The position numbers were made by a program, and so were the translations under genes. Of a stretch of DNA of 64,000 nucleotides, positions 1 to 13,900 are shown one piece after another. The notes under the pieces are model-generated. The model saw only the letters and a list, made by a program, of their open reading frames with translations, ran no database searches and was not told the origin of the DNA. How positions within the stretch are numbered: position 1 is the first letter of the stretch; the number at the start of each line of letters is the position of its first letter. Source of the stretch: Fistulifera solaris (Eukaryota); the NCBI GenBank assembly GCA_030295235.1, contig AP026130.1:806001-870000 (forward strand). Direction: 5' to 3'.

Positions 1-472
1 TTTGTCCTTCCGAAATGGTGAAAGTCGGCAAGGTGATGGATACGCTCAAAGAAAAACATCCCGAACTGTACCAGAAGGTGGTCCCCGTCTTTGTTTCAGT
101 GGATCCAGCTCGTGATTCGTTAACAGCATTAAGAGCTTACGCACAAGATTTTCATCCCGATTACGTCTTTTTTAACGGGTGCGCCAACTCAGGTGCAGCA
201 AATGGCCAAGCTATTTCGTGTTTACGTGAGTAAAGCGGATGAAACAGAAGATGGCGACTATTTGGTAGATCACTCCATTGTTATCTATTTTCATAATGAT
301 AAGGGGGATCTGGAGGATTGCTTCACTCAGTCAATGCGTCATACCGATGTCACGGAGAAGATTGTAAGTTGGATTTGCTTGCTGTGTTTATCAAGACAGC
401 TTTGTGTCTCATTTGCTCGCTATTGCTCAGGTCGAACTCATGACGGCGAAGAAACTGCCCGCTGTATCATAA
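1..472 (+). CDS. SCO1: SCO1/SenC family cytochrome c oxidase copper chaperone, 5'-truncated
   Basis: CPSEM..., VFVSVDPARD and DYLVDHSI motifs; +1 frameshift in T run 168-173; intron 364-430 (gtaagt...ctcag); last exon VELMTAKKLPAVS*. Confidence 0.85.
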
Positions 473-532
473 TCTTTTGCTGGGGCCGTCAGATAGTGCA
501 TGCTACCCTGTGGTTGCTCGCTGCAATTGGTT

Positions 533-1801
533 TCATACGTCGTTGCTATCGACTTCCCTTTCTTCTCGTAGTATTTCTTCGTAGGAATCCGAACTATTTT
601 GCCGCTTCGATCTTCGTAGTTCTACTTTCGATTTCTCTAATCTATTAATGCGTGGCCCTGTTGATTCTGTCGAAGATTCGTACGGATCTGCAATCTCCTC
701 TCCGGATTCGCTTGCTTCTACTTGTTCATAGCGACCTGCACTTTCTTGTTTCTTTTCTAGATGGAAAACCAGTTTGTACATTAAAACTCCTCCAAAGATG
801 ATGAGGCACGCCACTATTCTTCGGGGGGTTATTCTGTCACCAAAAATAATGACTCCCAGGAAGATTGTGAAAATCTCCTTCAAAACCCCTCCGATCATAA
901 GAATGATGGCGCTGGCATGCATGATTAAATAGAACTCACAGAGGATCATAACAATCGCCAAAAATGCTCCAAGTCCTCCCAGCGCCAAAGACGACATGAT
1001 GAATTCTCCAGAACGGTTTGCCAGTTGAGTCCACGGTCGTTCAATGATGATGGAGAGCATCAACAAACTCCAAAACATACTGGGTGCCAGCATACGCATC
1101 GTCGCTATTGTTGTTTTGATGGGAGGTTCCATGGTTTGTAACTTGAGCTGTACGAGTGTCCACCGCGCTCCGCTCAGCATACTCGCGGTAATACAGAGTA
1201 AGAAACCGGCCCACTGAAATTCTTTGTGACTTTCGTCACTCTCGTCACTTTCGGTGACGGTCAGTAATTCTCCGGCGACGATCACCATCACCACACCTAT
1301 CAAAGGCCAAGTAATTTTCTCAATACCGAATGCATAGGCCCACCCCAGCACAAAGACGGGCGTCGATGCCTTGGCCATCGTATAGATTGTTAAGGAAATC
1401 GAAACCATCGCCAGATTCGAAAAACCAACGTCCCCGGACGTCACCATTCCGCAGGGAATACTGATCAAGGCCCAGTCCCTCCAAGTCATGGTCGTGACCC
1501 GTTCACCGCCCAGCGATTTGAAGCAACGACACGCCACGACACTAAAGATCCATTGCATCAAAAAGTGAACGGTTGTCATCAGTAATGGACAAGGAAACGC
1601 TCGTTCGTCCTTTCCGAACACTTTTTTGTTGTAAATGGAGAGTAATGATGAAAATAAAAACCAGCCGGCCATCTGTGAAAGAAAGTGAGAATCAAAAATG
1701 CAGGATGGAAGCGATGTGACGGCGGAAGTCGAATAACGTACCGCCGGCAAATAGGTGCAGTGTTGCTCGTACATAGAATGAAGAGGTATAGACGGCGGCA
1801 T
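533..1801 (-). CDS. SLC35/TPT-family nucleotide-sugar transporter (SLC35C2-like)
   Basis: Multi-TM protein: WFLFSSLLSIYNK, FPCPLLMTTVHF, DVGFSN, KASTPVFVL, SGARWTLVQ, GVLKE; in-frame 69-nt intron 1673-1741; start uncertain. Confidence 0.8.
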   Translation of the reverse strand: MPPSIPLHSMYEQHCTYLPAVRYSTSAVTSLPSCIFDSHFLSQMAGWFLFSSLLSIYNKKVFGKDERAFPCPLLMTTVHFLMQWIFSVVACRCFKSLGGERVTTMTWRDWALISIPCGMVTSGDVGFSNLAMVSISLTIYTMAKASTPVFVLGWAYAFGIEKITWPLIGVVMVIVAGELLTVTESDESDESHKEFQWAGFLLCITASMLSGARWTLVQLKLQTMEPPIKTTIATMRMLAPSMFWSLLMLSIIIERPWTQLANRSGEFIMSSLALGGLGAFLAIVMILCEFYLIMHASAIILMIGGVLKEIFTIFLGVIIFGDRITPRRIVACLIIFGGVLMYKLVFHLEKKQESAGRYEQVEASESGEEIADPYESSTESTGPRINRLEKSKVELRRSKRQNSSDSYEEILREEREVDSNDV

Positions 1802-2217
1802 TGCAGACTAAAGTATGGGGGTCTAGAGAAACAGAAGATAATGAAAAATTGATTAGCTGGTCTGGATAAGCGAAGAATGATTACAACAAAGACTCTATTA
1901 TAAACGGATGAAGAAACATGCATGCTTTGACAACAAAAAGTCATCGTGTTGTTGCGGAAAGACCTAACGGATGTGACAGGGTCTCTGGTATACCTGGTAA
2001 GTTGTACCCAACTGGTACTTGATCTTTTTAAAGTGTGACCGACTGGTACTAAACGAGTTAGTAATAGTGCGTCACATAAGAGTCCAACCGAAAGTTTACT
2101 AGGTGCTCATTATGGCGTTGCGACACAGTGTGACATGTGACAAATATTTACTCCGTATTACTTCGTAAAAACTAAGGACATCAGTTAGATTTCAAGGGCA
2201 AATAACATGGCTGAAAT

Positions 2218-5200
2218 CTAGTCGATCAGTAACCATGTGTTTCGCACTTCAACACAAGTCTGTCTTAGAAGCCCGGAAGGATGGTTCATTGCAGCTCCAA
2301 GAATGGATACCACGGGACCTTTGACTTCTTTCACTATACGATGAATTCCCGCTAAATTGGCCACTGTTTGTATCGTTTGAAGAGCAAGTAGCTTGCACGA
2401 CAAAGATCCGAATTCATCCGCTTTAACAAATGCTCGCATCGCACCCACGACAATCTGATATTCCAGTCCGTTGACACTGCTGGATGCGAACGATAGCAGT
2501 TTCACAATCGCAGCGAGCGTCACTTTCATCACGGTCGGTGCATGGGGACCCGATTGATCGATCATGTCAACTGACAGTCCCCGAACGAGAACACGAGCAA
2601 AAACTTGAATTTGTGGGGAAAGGATTGTTCGAAGGTCGGCAAGACATAATAAGTTTCCCACCGCTGCAAGCTCTCCAGCGGCAAGATCAGATGTTTCTTG
2701 GAAGTGAGCGTAGAGGTGTTTCGACGCCAAATGAATGAGCCGTTGCTTCCAAAGTCGCGCGGGCTTATCTGTGTTGAAAATAGAACCAAGTGATGAAGCT
2801 GCTGCTACGCGGATAGTGAGCGCCATGTCCGTGTATGGAATTTTCCTCAGATCAAGTTCGTCGGTGCTTGCTGAAGGAGCGCAAAAATACCATCGCACGC
2901 AACACTCAAAATTAACTGGAGCACTCGGTCCGCCGTCTTGGATGACAAGCCGCCCTTGAGTGCAGCGGCTGATCCAAGGACTCCAAGAAAAGATATACAA
3001 TCGCAAACCTCCGCTGTTAGAACCCTAACGTCCTCTTGTCTCAACTCCGACCCTTCTCGAAATGCGGTGATAAAAGTTTCGATTTTCTTCCCAACTGTTT
3101 CGATTATCAGTGTTTGTATGGGGCAACTTGTTGAATCAGGAGAAAACTTCCAGGCCACGCAATGAAGGCATTGGGCTGCATAGGATCGAGCGTTCGCTGG
3201 ATACTGTTTTGACAAAGCAAATTCTGCTAGGTCAAATCGCATTTCCCATAGTTTAGTTTCCGCGCTGGAGCTTAAACGTAATCCGTCGTGACAAAGAGCG
3301 GAAGATAAGAATACTGTCCCGATCACATTCTTCAAAATTTCTTTGATTTCAGTAGCTTGTATAGTCGATGGATAAGTAGATTGAATCAAGGCTTCCAAGT
3401 GTTCGGCGTCAGCTACACGCTTGTATGCAGTAGCTAAAAATGATGCGATTGGAAGAACCTTGTTCAATCCTGTCTCCAAGTCCTCTGTGCACGCCAAGTC
3501 TTTGCTATAGCAAACGGCGAGCTTATCCAGTAGCTCGACGGCGGTACATCCCGGTGTGTCGAGCTTCTGAAATGCACGAGCACTGAACGAGCCGTTCTCG
3601 AGAAAGATTAAAGAAAGAAGCTTTGCACATTGCTCCACTTCAACAAGCTTCTCTTCGCCGAGAGCATCCATCAGTTTGCCTGCCACACGCTGGACAATAG
3701 ACGCAGCCGAGGACAAACTCGACGTAGTGGCTAGGCCGAGTGCATATTGATCGTTTCTCTCATTAGTCCTTGGCAGACAAGATGATGATACGAGTCGCGA
3801 CAACGCTTCCTTCTTAAAAAATAAAGGTGTCGACATGCTTTGTATAGCTTCCGTGTCACTCAAAGCTTTACCGAGCATTCGTCCGGTTACCTCGGCGCAG
3901 GCCTGAGGGTAGCTCAATGGACCAGCTATCTCTCCATCATCACATACTACTTGAAGGAGAGACTGAAGATAACTATCAATTCGTTCCGAGTGATCTTCAA
4001 GAGAACCGGGCGGCGAATTGACGACAATTGATTCGATTGTGCGTATAGCAGCAATGCGTACTCCAGTCCATGATTCATCCGGTGGAAGCGCGTTAAATAG
4101 CGAAAAGACTTTATCTAGAGCAGTGGCGCTATACGGAGCCAGGGGGTGTGGTACAATAGCTACTCCTTGTCCTTTTGCCTTTTCCAATGCTACTACGGTC
4201 GAAGAAAAGAACGCTCCAACTCCGTACAATGAGCTAGCGACGTCAGCTTCTTCGCTTGGGGCAAAATCCAATTGTTGTAAAAGTAATTCCAAGAAATCTT
4301 CCAGCGTTTGACGAAGGGTTTGAGGCCCTCCGCAAGAACATAGACACGCTGCGTATGCAATGGCAACTCTTTTCTGTGAAGAGGATTCCATTTTCGAGAC
4401 CATTGTCTTTAGGGTGTCTCCCACGAAAGCAGACCAGTGATCACGAGAAACTCGTTCCGCATGAGCAGCGACCCTCGAGATCAAGTCGCGGCAGTGGTCC
4501 GCCAGGATGCGGTTCGTATCTTGCAATTCTTTGCCACCAGCGGCGAGTGACGTCTGATCATGAACGATTACGAGAGCATCGGAAAGATCCCGCAACTGTT
4601 TTGGTGCTAAAAGCCCGATCCGGCTAATATCGCTTCCACTATCAAACAGTATAGACTCGAGGTCTTCTATTCCCTCACGGAGCTCTTTCGTCGTGGGCGG
4701 TCCATCTCCTGGAGGTGGTACGAGTACTTCCAGGACAAGGCCTAGGCTTAATCGAATCATGCTATCCTCTCCGGCTTGGACAAGTGCCTCGTCATAGTCA
4801 AAATTTCGTAGAATAGACAGCAACGCGCCTCGTAGACCTTCCCGCGTAATCCCATGCGTATCGTTTGGCGGTGGTGTGAATTGAATCGGGTAATATGGTG
4901 CCACCACCTCAAAAATTTCGTCGATCGGCATTGTGCTAACAAGTGGACGGAATGCCACAAGCATTGTGCTCAAAACTTGCAGTAATTGCATAAGACAACG
5001 TGGGTCCGATTCGCCTTGCAAGCAGCGGGCAGCGAAAGTGGCAAAGCGCTGCACTTCTTGTTGTGTTGCGGAAGTGAGTTGAGAGGACGATGACTGACGG
5101 TATTGTTCGGCAATTGAGTCAATAGCAGCACTTAAGAGCTGAAAACAGAGTGACCGGCGAGTTCTGGGAAGTACAGATAGACCCGAAATAATGTTTGGTT

Positions 5201-5873
5201 TGTATTGATCCCATTCGTTGTCCTCGGACACAGCACACCGTCGTTGAATTGAATTCAATGTACATTGTAAACGATTTTGCACGAATTCATCAAACGAGTC
5301 CACATTCGGATCCATAGGTAAACGAAAAGAGCATTCAATCCTTCCATTGCCTCGTCACGTATTCGTTCATCGCGATCTTCCTCCGGATCTGGCTCCACCG
5401 GACCGCAGTGCTCTTGATAAAAGTTTCCCAGGAGTCGTGTGGTTGCCAACGACAATGGCATGCGCTGACAGGATTCCAGCGCTCCACGTAAGCACGCCAG
5501 TGCCACCAGGCGCGCACTCAAACTTCCCGAAAAGGCCGGACCTAATTGTTGGATTAGAAGTGCTAGCGACTCTTCGTGAGACGACTTTGTCGATAAACGG
5601 ATACCCTCCTCCGTCACGACGCGCGTTCCTTTCAAAATGGAGCGAAAGAAATTTCTCGATTCTTCACGATGGGCATTCGCACTTGTAGAAGATGCCAAGC
5701 ATGCATCCTTTGAAGTGTATGAGGCGGGGTTTTGAGACAAATTGGAGAATATCTGATGATTCGTAGGAGCTTTCGATTCGAATGCAATTACGTACCTTCC
5801 AAATGCGAAAGAGCTCTTCGGTCGTGCCCGATAGCGCCGTCGACATTTGTGTAGCTTCACTCACGACCGACAT
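2218..5873 (-). CDS. MMS19: MMS19 (CIA Fe-S targeting, HEAT-repeat protein)
   Basis: GESDPRCL and YYPIQFTPPPNDTHGITREGL match the MMS19 N-domain; C-terminal HPSGLLRQTCVEVRNTW; intron 5708-5795; homopolymer frameshifts near 5327 and 2885 join three ORFs. Confidence 0.8.
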
Positions 5874-6013
5874 GATAATTAGCTATATTTAAGGATGGTT
5901 TGAGCTACGATTGCGAATGAATTTATTTTATTTATTTATCAATCTGCCGCTTCATTGTTGGTGGCAAAAGCAGATGCGCCGCCGCACAATGAAATACGGA
6001 GTAGTGATTGCGA

Positions 6014-6500
6014 TCATACAGAAATTCTGTGGTCGTAGCTCCAGAAATTCTGGACCATCTGCAAACATACAAAAATTCTGTGACAGTCGTTCCAGAAATT
6101 CGGGAATGAATGAATCTGAATTACTGGTACGGTACCAGGTACTTGTATGGGGCAAACAGAGATCTTGTGGTCGTTCCAGAAATTCTGGAATCGGTGCTTT
6201 GGGTCATACAGAGATTCTGTGGTCGTTCCAGAAATTCTGGACTCGGTGCTTTGGGTCATACAGAGATTCTGTGGTTATTCCAGAAATTCTGGACTCGGTG
6301 CTTTGGGTCATACAGAGATTCTGTGGTCGTTCCAGAAATTCTGGAATCGGTGCTTTGCGGGTCAAACAGAGATTCTGTCGTCGTTCCAGAAATTCTGGAA
6401 TCGGTTCTTTGGGTCATACAGAGATTCTGTAATTTATTATTTGGGTCAAACAGAGATTCTGTGGTCGTTCCAGAAAATCCCCGGAATTGGTGTTTGGGTA
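6014..6500. repeat. 52-bp palindromic minisatellite array A
   Basis: Unit cagagattctgtggtcgttccagaaattctggactcggtgctttgggtcata starts at 6157, 6209, 6261, 6313, 6367, 6419 (truncated) and 6451; degenerate copies at 6014-6105. Confidence 0.95.
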
Positions 6501-6567
6501 AAAACAGCGATTAATCTGTTGAAATGCCTTTCAAAATTTTCATTTCAAAATTAACTACCACCTTTTA

Positions 6568-6612
6568 AAAGTGTAGACGACTTTTGCCACGACTGCATTT
6601 CAGTCAAGAGTC
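6568..6612. repeat. Partial copy of the ~210-bp hairpin repeat family
   Basis: aagtgtagacgacttttgccacgactgcatttcagtcaagagt resembles 48641-48683. Confidence 0.75.
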
Positions 6613-6707
6613 ATCGATTTTGCTTCCAACATTATTTTCGCACCCGCAGTCACAACGAGAAGCGACAATGATACAACTAATTTGCACTTTTTATATCATG
6701 AGGAACA

Positions 6708-7838
6708 ATGAAGCGATGCACAGCACGTGAGACCACTTTGTTAGCACTGGGTCTGGGAGTTGTTCTCGTTTCTTTCGCGCAGCTTCATCTGGGTTTGCAA
6801 ACACCTCCGTTTCCTCCCTCGACACTTCTTCATTCGACGTCGCAATCTTACAAAATGAGTTACTCCAGGGCGGAGATTATTCCCCAAAATATTTCTGCTC
6901 ATGGAGGAGGACTTGTACACATAGGAAAGACTGGCGGAAGCACTCTTTCATTACTCTTACGAAACGGCTGTCACTCGTTTATGAGACATCCGTGTTACAA
7001 TATTTCAAACGAATCCCCGGCGAGCCGACTCATTGAAAAATACTATCATGTTCCCGATTTTGGGTTGCTACGAGAATCCCAGCATGATTTTTATGTCATT
7101 ACGGCTCGTGATCCCTTGGATCGAGCGGTTTCGGCCTTTGTCTACGACCATATTCGCAATCGAGACGCACGGAACGAAACCATGGATCCGATGCAACGCG
7201 AGCGCTATGAGGCAGCTTATGTCTGTTTTCCTACATTGGAGGTGTTTGCGGCCTATTTGAAAGGAAATTCGTCGGATTTTCATTATCCGTATCATCGGAA
7301 GGAAGTGCACCCAGAATCCTGCCGCGATTTGGCGCGAGCGGCCTTTCATGGGCATGTTCGAATTTACAGTCACTTGTATTTTAGTTTGGAAAGGATCCGG
7401 TCTTTTATTCCGGGAATAAAGAACCGTGTATTCTTCCTCATTCGCCAAGAAAGACTTTGGGATGACTGGATTCAAACGAATCGTATTTTGCAGGACACGT
7501 ACGGGTTGTCGTCGCAGGATTCCTCGTATGATGTCCCAGTCGAAGCAAGGGAAGACCGTCGCAATTCGACCAACTTGGAAATCAACAATCGACTACCTGT
7601 GGGCAAGACCCTGTCGTCACTTGCAACACAGTCCCTTTGTCGGGCCCTTGAGACGGAGTACACTGTTTTCTTTTGGTTTTTGCTGATTGCAAATAATATT
7701 GACAACGAAGAATTTATGTTCAGTTTGAACAAGGCCAAAGAATCGTGCGGGCGCTATTTGAATATGGATGAAATGATAAGAAAGGAGTCTATAAGCATAC
7801 GAGAAGTCTTCGAACACGGGGTTCGTGTCAGGAAGTAG
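6708..7838 (+). CDS. Type II membrane (Golgi-type) sulfotransferase-like protein
   Basis: N-terminal TM; VHIGKTGGST (5'-PSB-like) and RDPLDRAVSAF (3'-PB-like) motifs. Confidence 0.7.
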   Translation: MKRCTARETTLLALGLGVVLVSFAQLHLGLQTPPFPPSTLLHSTSQSYKMSYSRAEIIPQNISAHGGGLVHIGKTGGSTLSLLLRNGCHSFMRHPCYNISNESPASRLIEKYYHVPDFGLLRESQHDFYVITARDPLDRAVSAFVYDHIRNRDARNETMDPMQRERYEAAYVCFPTLEVFAAYLKGNSSDFHYPYHRKEVHPESCRDLARAAFHGHVRIYSHLYFSLERIRSFIPGIKNRVFFLIRQERLWDDWIQTNRILQDTYGLSSQDSSYDVPVEAREDRRNSTNLEINNRLPVGKTLSSLATQSLCRALETEYTVFFWFLLIANNIDNEEFMFSLNKAKESCGRYLNMDEMIRKESISIREVFEHGVRVRK

Positions 7839-7928
7839 CGAATCAAGAAATTACCTGCAAATTTTGGTGTTATTCAAACACAATGTACACATATTTACAA
7901 GCGAATTTGCAGTTATTGACTATGCAAT

Positions 7929-10900
7929 TCATTGGTTCGGCGGCTTGTCTAGCTGAGTGGACCCAAGTTTCTGTAATTCGGTTCGAATACCCTCGATGTT
8001 TGCCAAGGCGAGGAGCAAGCCTTGTCTTCGGTTGAACGACGCAGCGAAAGACGAGACCATTAAACCATATCGAGCCATTTTATCTGACAAAATAGGGTCC
8101 TGAGACGATTTTGCCATTTCGAGACAGATTTCAGCAATGATTGAATCGCCACAACGTCCCAAACGTCCGAGAAATATATTAACTTCAGATCCGAACTTGG
8201 ACACGGCTCGATTAATCACATAAGCTCCGATCTCGTTAAATCGGATGTCGTTAATTGGTGCCTTGCTGGTCAATTCAAGAAGGACTGACATAGCTTCCAC
8301 GACTTCACCGTAGTAAGGCTGCTTTTCAACATATTGGCGAGCAGCCCCAAAGGGGCGTAATAGTTTCAGTTGCAATATCTCTTTAGCTTGCACGGAATAT
8401 CCTCCGTATTTCAAAACAAAAAGCAACGGATACAGAACAAGAAATGCCTCGCTAGGTCCAGAATCTATGATCGGAACGACTCTTTTCAAAATACTTCGAC
8501 AGATAGACTGGGCTTGTCTCCGATTACCCAACATTTCATGATAATATGCACACAGAGAAAAGCTGGCTGCCCCCGTGTCAAAACCGTATGCTTTCCGCAA
8601 GAGTGTTGTGTGCTTGATTGGCTTGTACATTGTCCTGATAACACTCTGCGCCGCGACGGCTTTTTCCAGGTCGCCTATACGAGCAAAGAGAATCATTTGA
8701 AGGAACAATGAATGTATATGGTGCACCCTTCTGCCGTGTCTTCGCGTTTCTTCGAGAAGCCTGTACAGCATTGCCTGCTCGTAGCACCGTTTCGAATCTT
8801 GCTCAATTTTGCCGTCCGAAAAAGCCCGCGAAAGTCCCATGTACGCGGGAAAGATAATGGATCGGTCCTTAATATCCTGTGCGTTTCTTGCCCTGTCCAT
8901 CACGCGGATAGCATTTGCAAAGGTGATGTAGCTGTTGTGTCGTAAATCGCAAGCCTCTTGGCTCATGCCTAAGCCAACACTAAGTCGAATAATATCGGCA
9001 ATGTCTTCCGCGGCCAGTACTGAAAGAATGTCCGATGAAAACCCACAGTTCTCTTCAAGATCAGTGTTTTGCCAACCGAACATTCCAAGTGAACTTTCAA
9101 ATACCTTGATGGATTCAATGGCTTCTGGGGTCTCTTCTACAAGCGATCCGATCGACAAAGCGACTTTTGCGGCATTGTGCGTAGACCCCGACGATTTCCA
9201 GTGTACAAAAAGTTTAAGCCAATCTTGGAGTGAGGAATCAGCTGATAACCGCAATTCCATATTTTCAGCAGTTTTTCGGTGTACGTCTCTTTGGCGAGAT
9301 CCTAGCATCAATCCAAGAATAGTGGTGCGCCACGTCGATTTGAAGAATGAGAACGTTGTCGAGTCAGAGTTGGCGTCGAAGTCGGCTTGTTTTCCTTTCA
9401 AAACATTGTCTTTGACGTCATGTAAGACTAAAATCCCCTCTAGAACAGCAACCTTGAGTGAGCTCGCCACCTTTTTGCGTACATCTTTCTCCTGTGAATC
9501 TGCTCCGGCCATCAAAACTCTGACAAGGTCGCCAAGTGCAAATTTGTCTCCCAGGACAGCTGCAATGTTCAGCGTTGAGCGAACTTCTACGTCAAGGGCG
9601 TCCACCCGGTGCAAGATAATGTCAGACGTTAACTTTTGTTTTGTATCACCGCGTGCGCTCTCATCGTTCGCTGTTGCATCGACCATCAGGGTTAAAACGT
9701 TCATCGCAAATTGCGGCATGCCTCCCGATTCTAACATTACTTCATGCAGCAGATCAGGAGAAACAAGGTCAACTTTGATGCCTAGCTTCTTGGAAATAAG
9801 AAGACGAATTTCGTCCTCCGTCAGCGGCCCCAAATGAATTTCGAGAAATCTGCCACTGAAAGCGAAATGGTTTTCCATAATTTCCCAGAAATAGTCGCCT
9901 ACTCGAAACATGCTTTTCTCGACTGGTGAAGTGCCGATCAGAATAACATTGTTTGCATAATCCAAAATCCTCTTCAAAATAACCCATGTTAGTTCGTCAG
10001 TGAAATGTACATCATCGATAGCGATGACCACGAGTCCCACATCTTCAATGCAGCGTAAAAAGGCATTGGCGAGAAATGCCGCAACTGCCTTCTTGGGTGG
10101 ACTTTTCCTGGTGGCCAGATCAGCATTTGATTCGAGTAAATATCTAGTCGCGAACTTGACTAGATCAGGCGGAGCTTGGATGTCGCGACCGACACCACGA
10201 ATAGACTCAATCAACTTTGACTGAGAATCTTCAGGTTCATGAGCATCAGACGACTGAGACTCACTATCATCTTCTACGATATTATTGGACGAACTGTCAT
10301 TTGAAGAAAGAGCATATAACCTCATGATTCTTGCGAAAATAGTTTGGAACGTTGCAAAATGGACCAGCATTTCACTATCGAGACAAATGTGATTGATGAA
10401 AACAACTCCTCCGTACTTCTGAGCGTTCAACTCCAATTGTTGTCGAATTGATTCAAGAGTATGGACCAGGAAGCTGGTCTTTCCCATACCAGAAACTCCG
10501 TCCGCGAGAATAAACTTGGATTCAGATTGAGGCGAAATCATTGTATCGTGTGCCAGTTGAACCACCTCGCGGATTTCTTTTTCCCTCCCGACAAAGTTCG
10601 GCTCAAAAGTCCCCCAAGTTCGTTCGGACACACTCATTGGAACGAATATAGGCACAGGTTCGCTATATCCTTTGGCTTTGATTGCTGGCAAAGCCTCGAA
10701 GGCGTACGAGCGTGAAGCCACTTGACGAACTCGGTTATCGACAAGCACCCCTGGGTTATCAGGTGAGTGCATCAAGCGCGCCGCTAAATTGACGCTAGGT
10801 CCCATGACGGCGTACTCGTGTCTCATCGAACCACCCACGGCGCCGCAATAAACGTCACCAAAAGTAGCTCCAATCTTTGCCTTAACACCGAATTTGACTT

Positions 10901-13900
10901 CTAGCGCTTTTTGTATCAGCATTGTGGCTGGTAGAGCCCGCTCTGTAACAAGATTGGGGAATGTGGACCCACGGAGACCAAAAGTAGCTATCATAATAAA
11001 TCCCTTATCATCCACGATGAACTGACGCAAGTGGCCGCTGTAGTGCTTCAATTTGTTGGTGACTAAGTTCATAACATCATTGAGAAGATGAATCACCTCG
11101 GTGTCTTGCTCTAGATCTCCTGATAGATTAATTGGCAAATGCAACTCTATGAACATCACATACACACTGCGTAGTTCAGCCTCCTCCTTCTGCTTGTCAT
11201 TGACAGAACCACCTAGTCCAGCGCTTTCAAAATCATTTGCTGCGGCAATATCATTAGAAACAACGACGGGATGGACATATAATGACATCAAACGCCGGTA
11301 CTCAATCAGGTCGTCGGCTTCTAAACCATCCACCTCTTCAGTCACACCGCGAGACTTTGCATTGCGGACCTTTGTACTGTATCTTGATGTGTCGAAGAAA
11401 CTTCCTGACCGATCTGCAACCAGTAAGGCGTTTTCCGGGTCTAACTTCTGGCGTCCGCATTGTTGGCTTATTATACTTATAAATTCCTCGGAGCCAACGG
11501 CTTCACCAAGCTTGGCTCTATCACAGGCTGTTGTTGCTTGGTCAATGGCATCACCAATGTATAGGTATTCGCGTCTATTGCGATTATCCCCAACATGTAT
11601 TCCATTCATCTGCCCAAATCCTAGACCCAAGTGAATATTTAGGCAATCGACTGTTGACCCTATCAATTCTTGGGCACTAACCAAGGATAAGACAGGAAAA
11701 TCAGTACACTCTGAGATCAATGATGCTGCACATGCTGATGCTTCGGCTATACATTGCTCCTTTGACCTTTTATCAGTAACTCTCCACTCTGCAAAAGAGC
11801 GTCACCTGCAAACTTCTGAATATCACCGGAATACTGATAGATCATTTCTACAATTTTTTGAAAGTAAGAGTTGATCACTTTCGACAGTTTTTCGGGGTCA
11901 AGCACCGTACTAAGCTTTGTAAATCCGGAGATGTCGACAAACATCAATGCACCTTCAAATGTAGCAATTGCTGGAAGTACTCCCCCGTCGTCATCCTCAC
12001 TGCTCGATTGTGCGGACCATGACATTGAAGAAGAAAATGAAGATCGTCGTGAAGGGCGGTTGTTTGCGCCTAAGAAGTCATCCAATGAAGAACAGCTATT
12101 TTCTCCAGAGTCTGGTGTAGAAACTGACACTGACGCTGACTCGCCAGACGCCGAGTCGAGGGAATCTGAAGATATCCGTCTTACCAAACGCCTTCTTGGT
12201 CCTCTGTCTTCTGATCGGTTTTGATCACTGAATGAAGAGTCGATGCTGTCGGCATCACTCGAACTTGCTGCACTATCCGCATTCGAGGACACGTCGGCCA
12301 TTCCATTTATCCTTCTCCGGTTTGGTCGAGAAGCTTCGAACTTGGATTTCGCCTCCTTTTTAGCAATTGATCCCTTATTTCTTGCCCCAAATGGCTGATT
12401 ACGCATGCAGGAATATTGCTTGCAAGATTGTTGATTGAAGCCAAAATGTGCGCTCGTCTCACGAATTTCTCACCTTCCTTGTTGAAAGCGATCATCGTGC
12501 CGACTTTCTGCAACTCCGTTCTGAGGTTGGCTAGCATTGATAGATCCAAACCCTCCCCGCCTCCAAATGGCATTTCTGGCACTGCTGATGTTGGTGGTGC
12601 CGATTCTTGCACAGGGACACGCGGAGGTTTTTCACTCGACCTTCCTAAGGCAATTGGCATAGATGACATCAAGTCATCATATTCGTCATCACTCATATCG
12701 TCTTCGCTGTCGCCATCGGACGATCCGTACGATATTCCTTCACTGCTGTCTGTGTATTCACTATCGTCACTGGAATCAGAATAGTCGTTGCAGTCTTCCA
12801 ATAACTGATCAAGATTCATTGGATTGGCCGGTAGATTGGGTGTTTGAAGATATTCATTAGGAAGAAAAGCATCGTCGTCAGCATTAAATTCATCCTCTTC
12901 TTCAGTTCCTTCCTCAGGATCACTATCACTATCACTATCCTCCTCGTCATCATCTGCATCCACGCCCTCAGTTTTAATTTCTACAAATGAGGACACTGAC
13001 GCGTTCGCTTGTTCGTCGATTTCTTTCATCATCCGCTTGCTTTCATTCTTCGTTTCCGGTGCATTTAATTTCGCCTCACATATATCCGTAGCAGATGTTT
13101 CTACAAGTTCGCTTGTAAAATTCTCGCCGCCATCGTTGTCGACGCCCGACGACAATTCATCCTCGTCGCTTTCAAAACTCTCCTCCAATTCACTGGAGTC
13201 ATCAGACCGATTGGAATCTGTCTCAGCTATACTTTCGTGGTCCAAATCTCGGCTTGCCGGGTTGTCACCGTGATTTGTTTCTTTGTCATAGCTGCCTTCA
13301 GCTGTTTGCATATCTTCAAAATCACCAAGATCCTTACTTTGTTGCGAACAGGGAGTCCATTTTCACCCAGCCCGTCTTCTTTCAAGTCATCGCTGTGCTG
13401 AAGCGGTTGGGTTTGAGGTTGATTTGTGAAGCTAGGCATTTCGCCAGAATTAATTTCGATGCCGCCTGTCTGAGTTGCAATCTGAGAATAGCTATTACCA
13501 GGCTTGTTTTCTGAAACAACGCTTCTTGAAGACGAGTCGTTGAGATCAACCATTGTTTGATTTTCAACAAAAGTTACCGTCGTCTGCGCCGTTACTACAC
13601 TTTCGTCGTCGACACCCTCGCCAATTCTTCGAGCTGTATCCTTTTCAACTGACTGTATTTTTGGTGGGCTATGTGTAATCAGACTTTGTAGTCTCGTGAT
13701 GACTGCTCGTGCTTCCTGAGACGCTTCTGATGAATCTACTTTGCGAGGAGCGGCGGCAACATTTTTGGAACCGTTGTGGAGAGACGGCTTATCACCTATC
13801 CGTTGCAAAGAGCCCTCAAATCATCCACATTACTACTCCCTGTTGTACGACTTTGAGTAGCCTCACCTACAGAGATCGCTTGTATGCCATTCATCGGTTG

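Noticed and set aside
6014..6500. CRISPR array
   Set aside because: Spacers are near-identical within each array, no cas genes are present, and the context is eukaryotic
5911..6554. Repetitive ORFs over array A (likewise 37037-37620, 51297-51891, 53910-54171)
   Set aside because: Translations of tandem DNA repeats open in several frames, with no protein features
8935..9837. Long antisense ORFs (also 28191-29375, 19853-20356, 21136-21753)
   Set aside because: Shadow frames opposite well-supported genes
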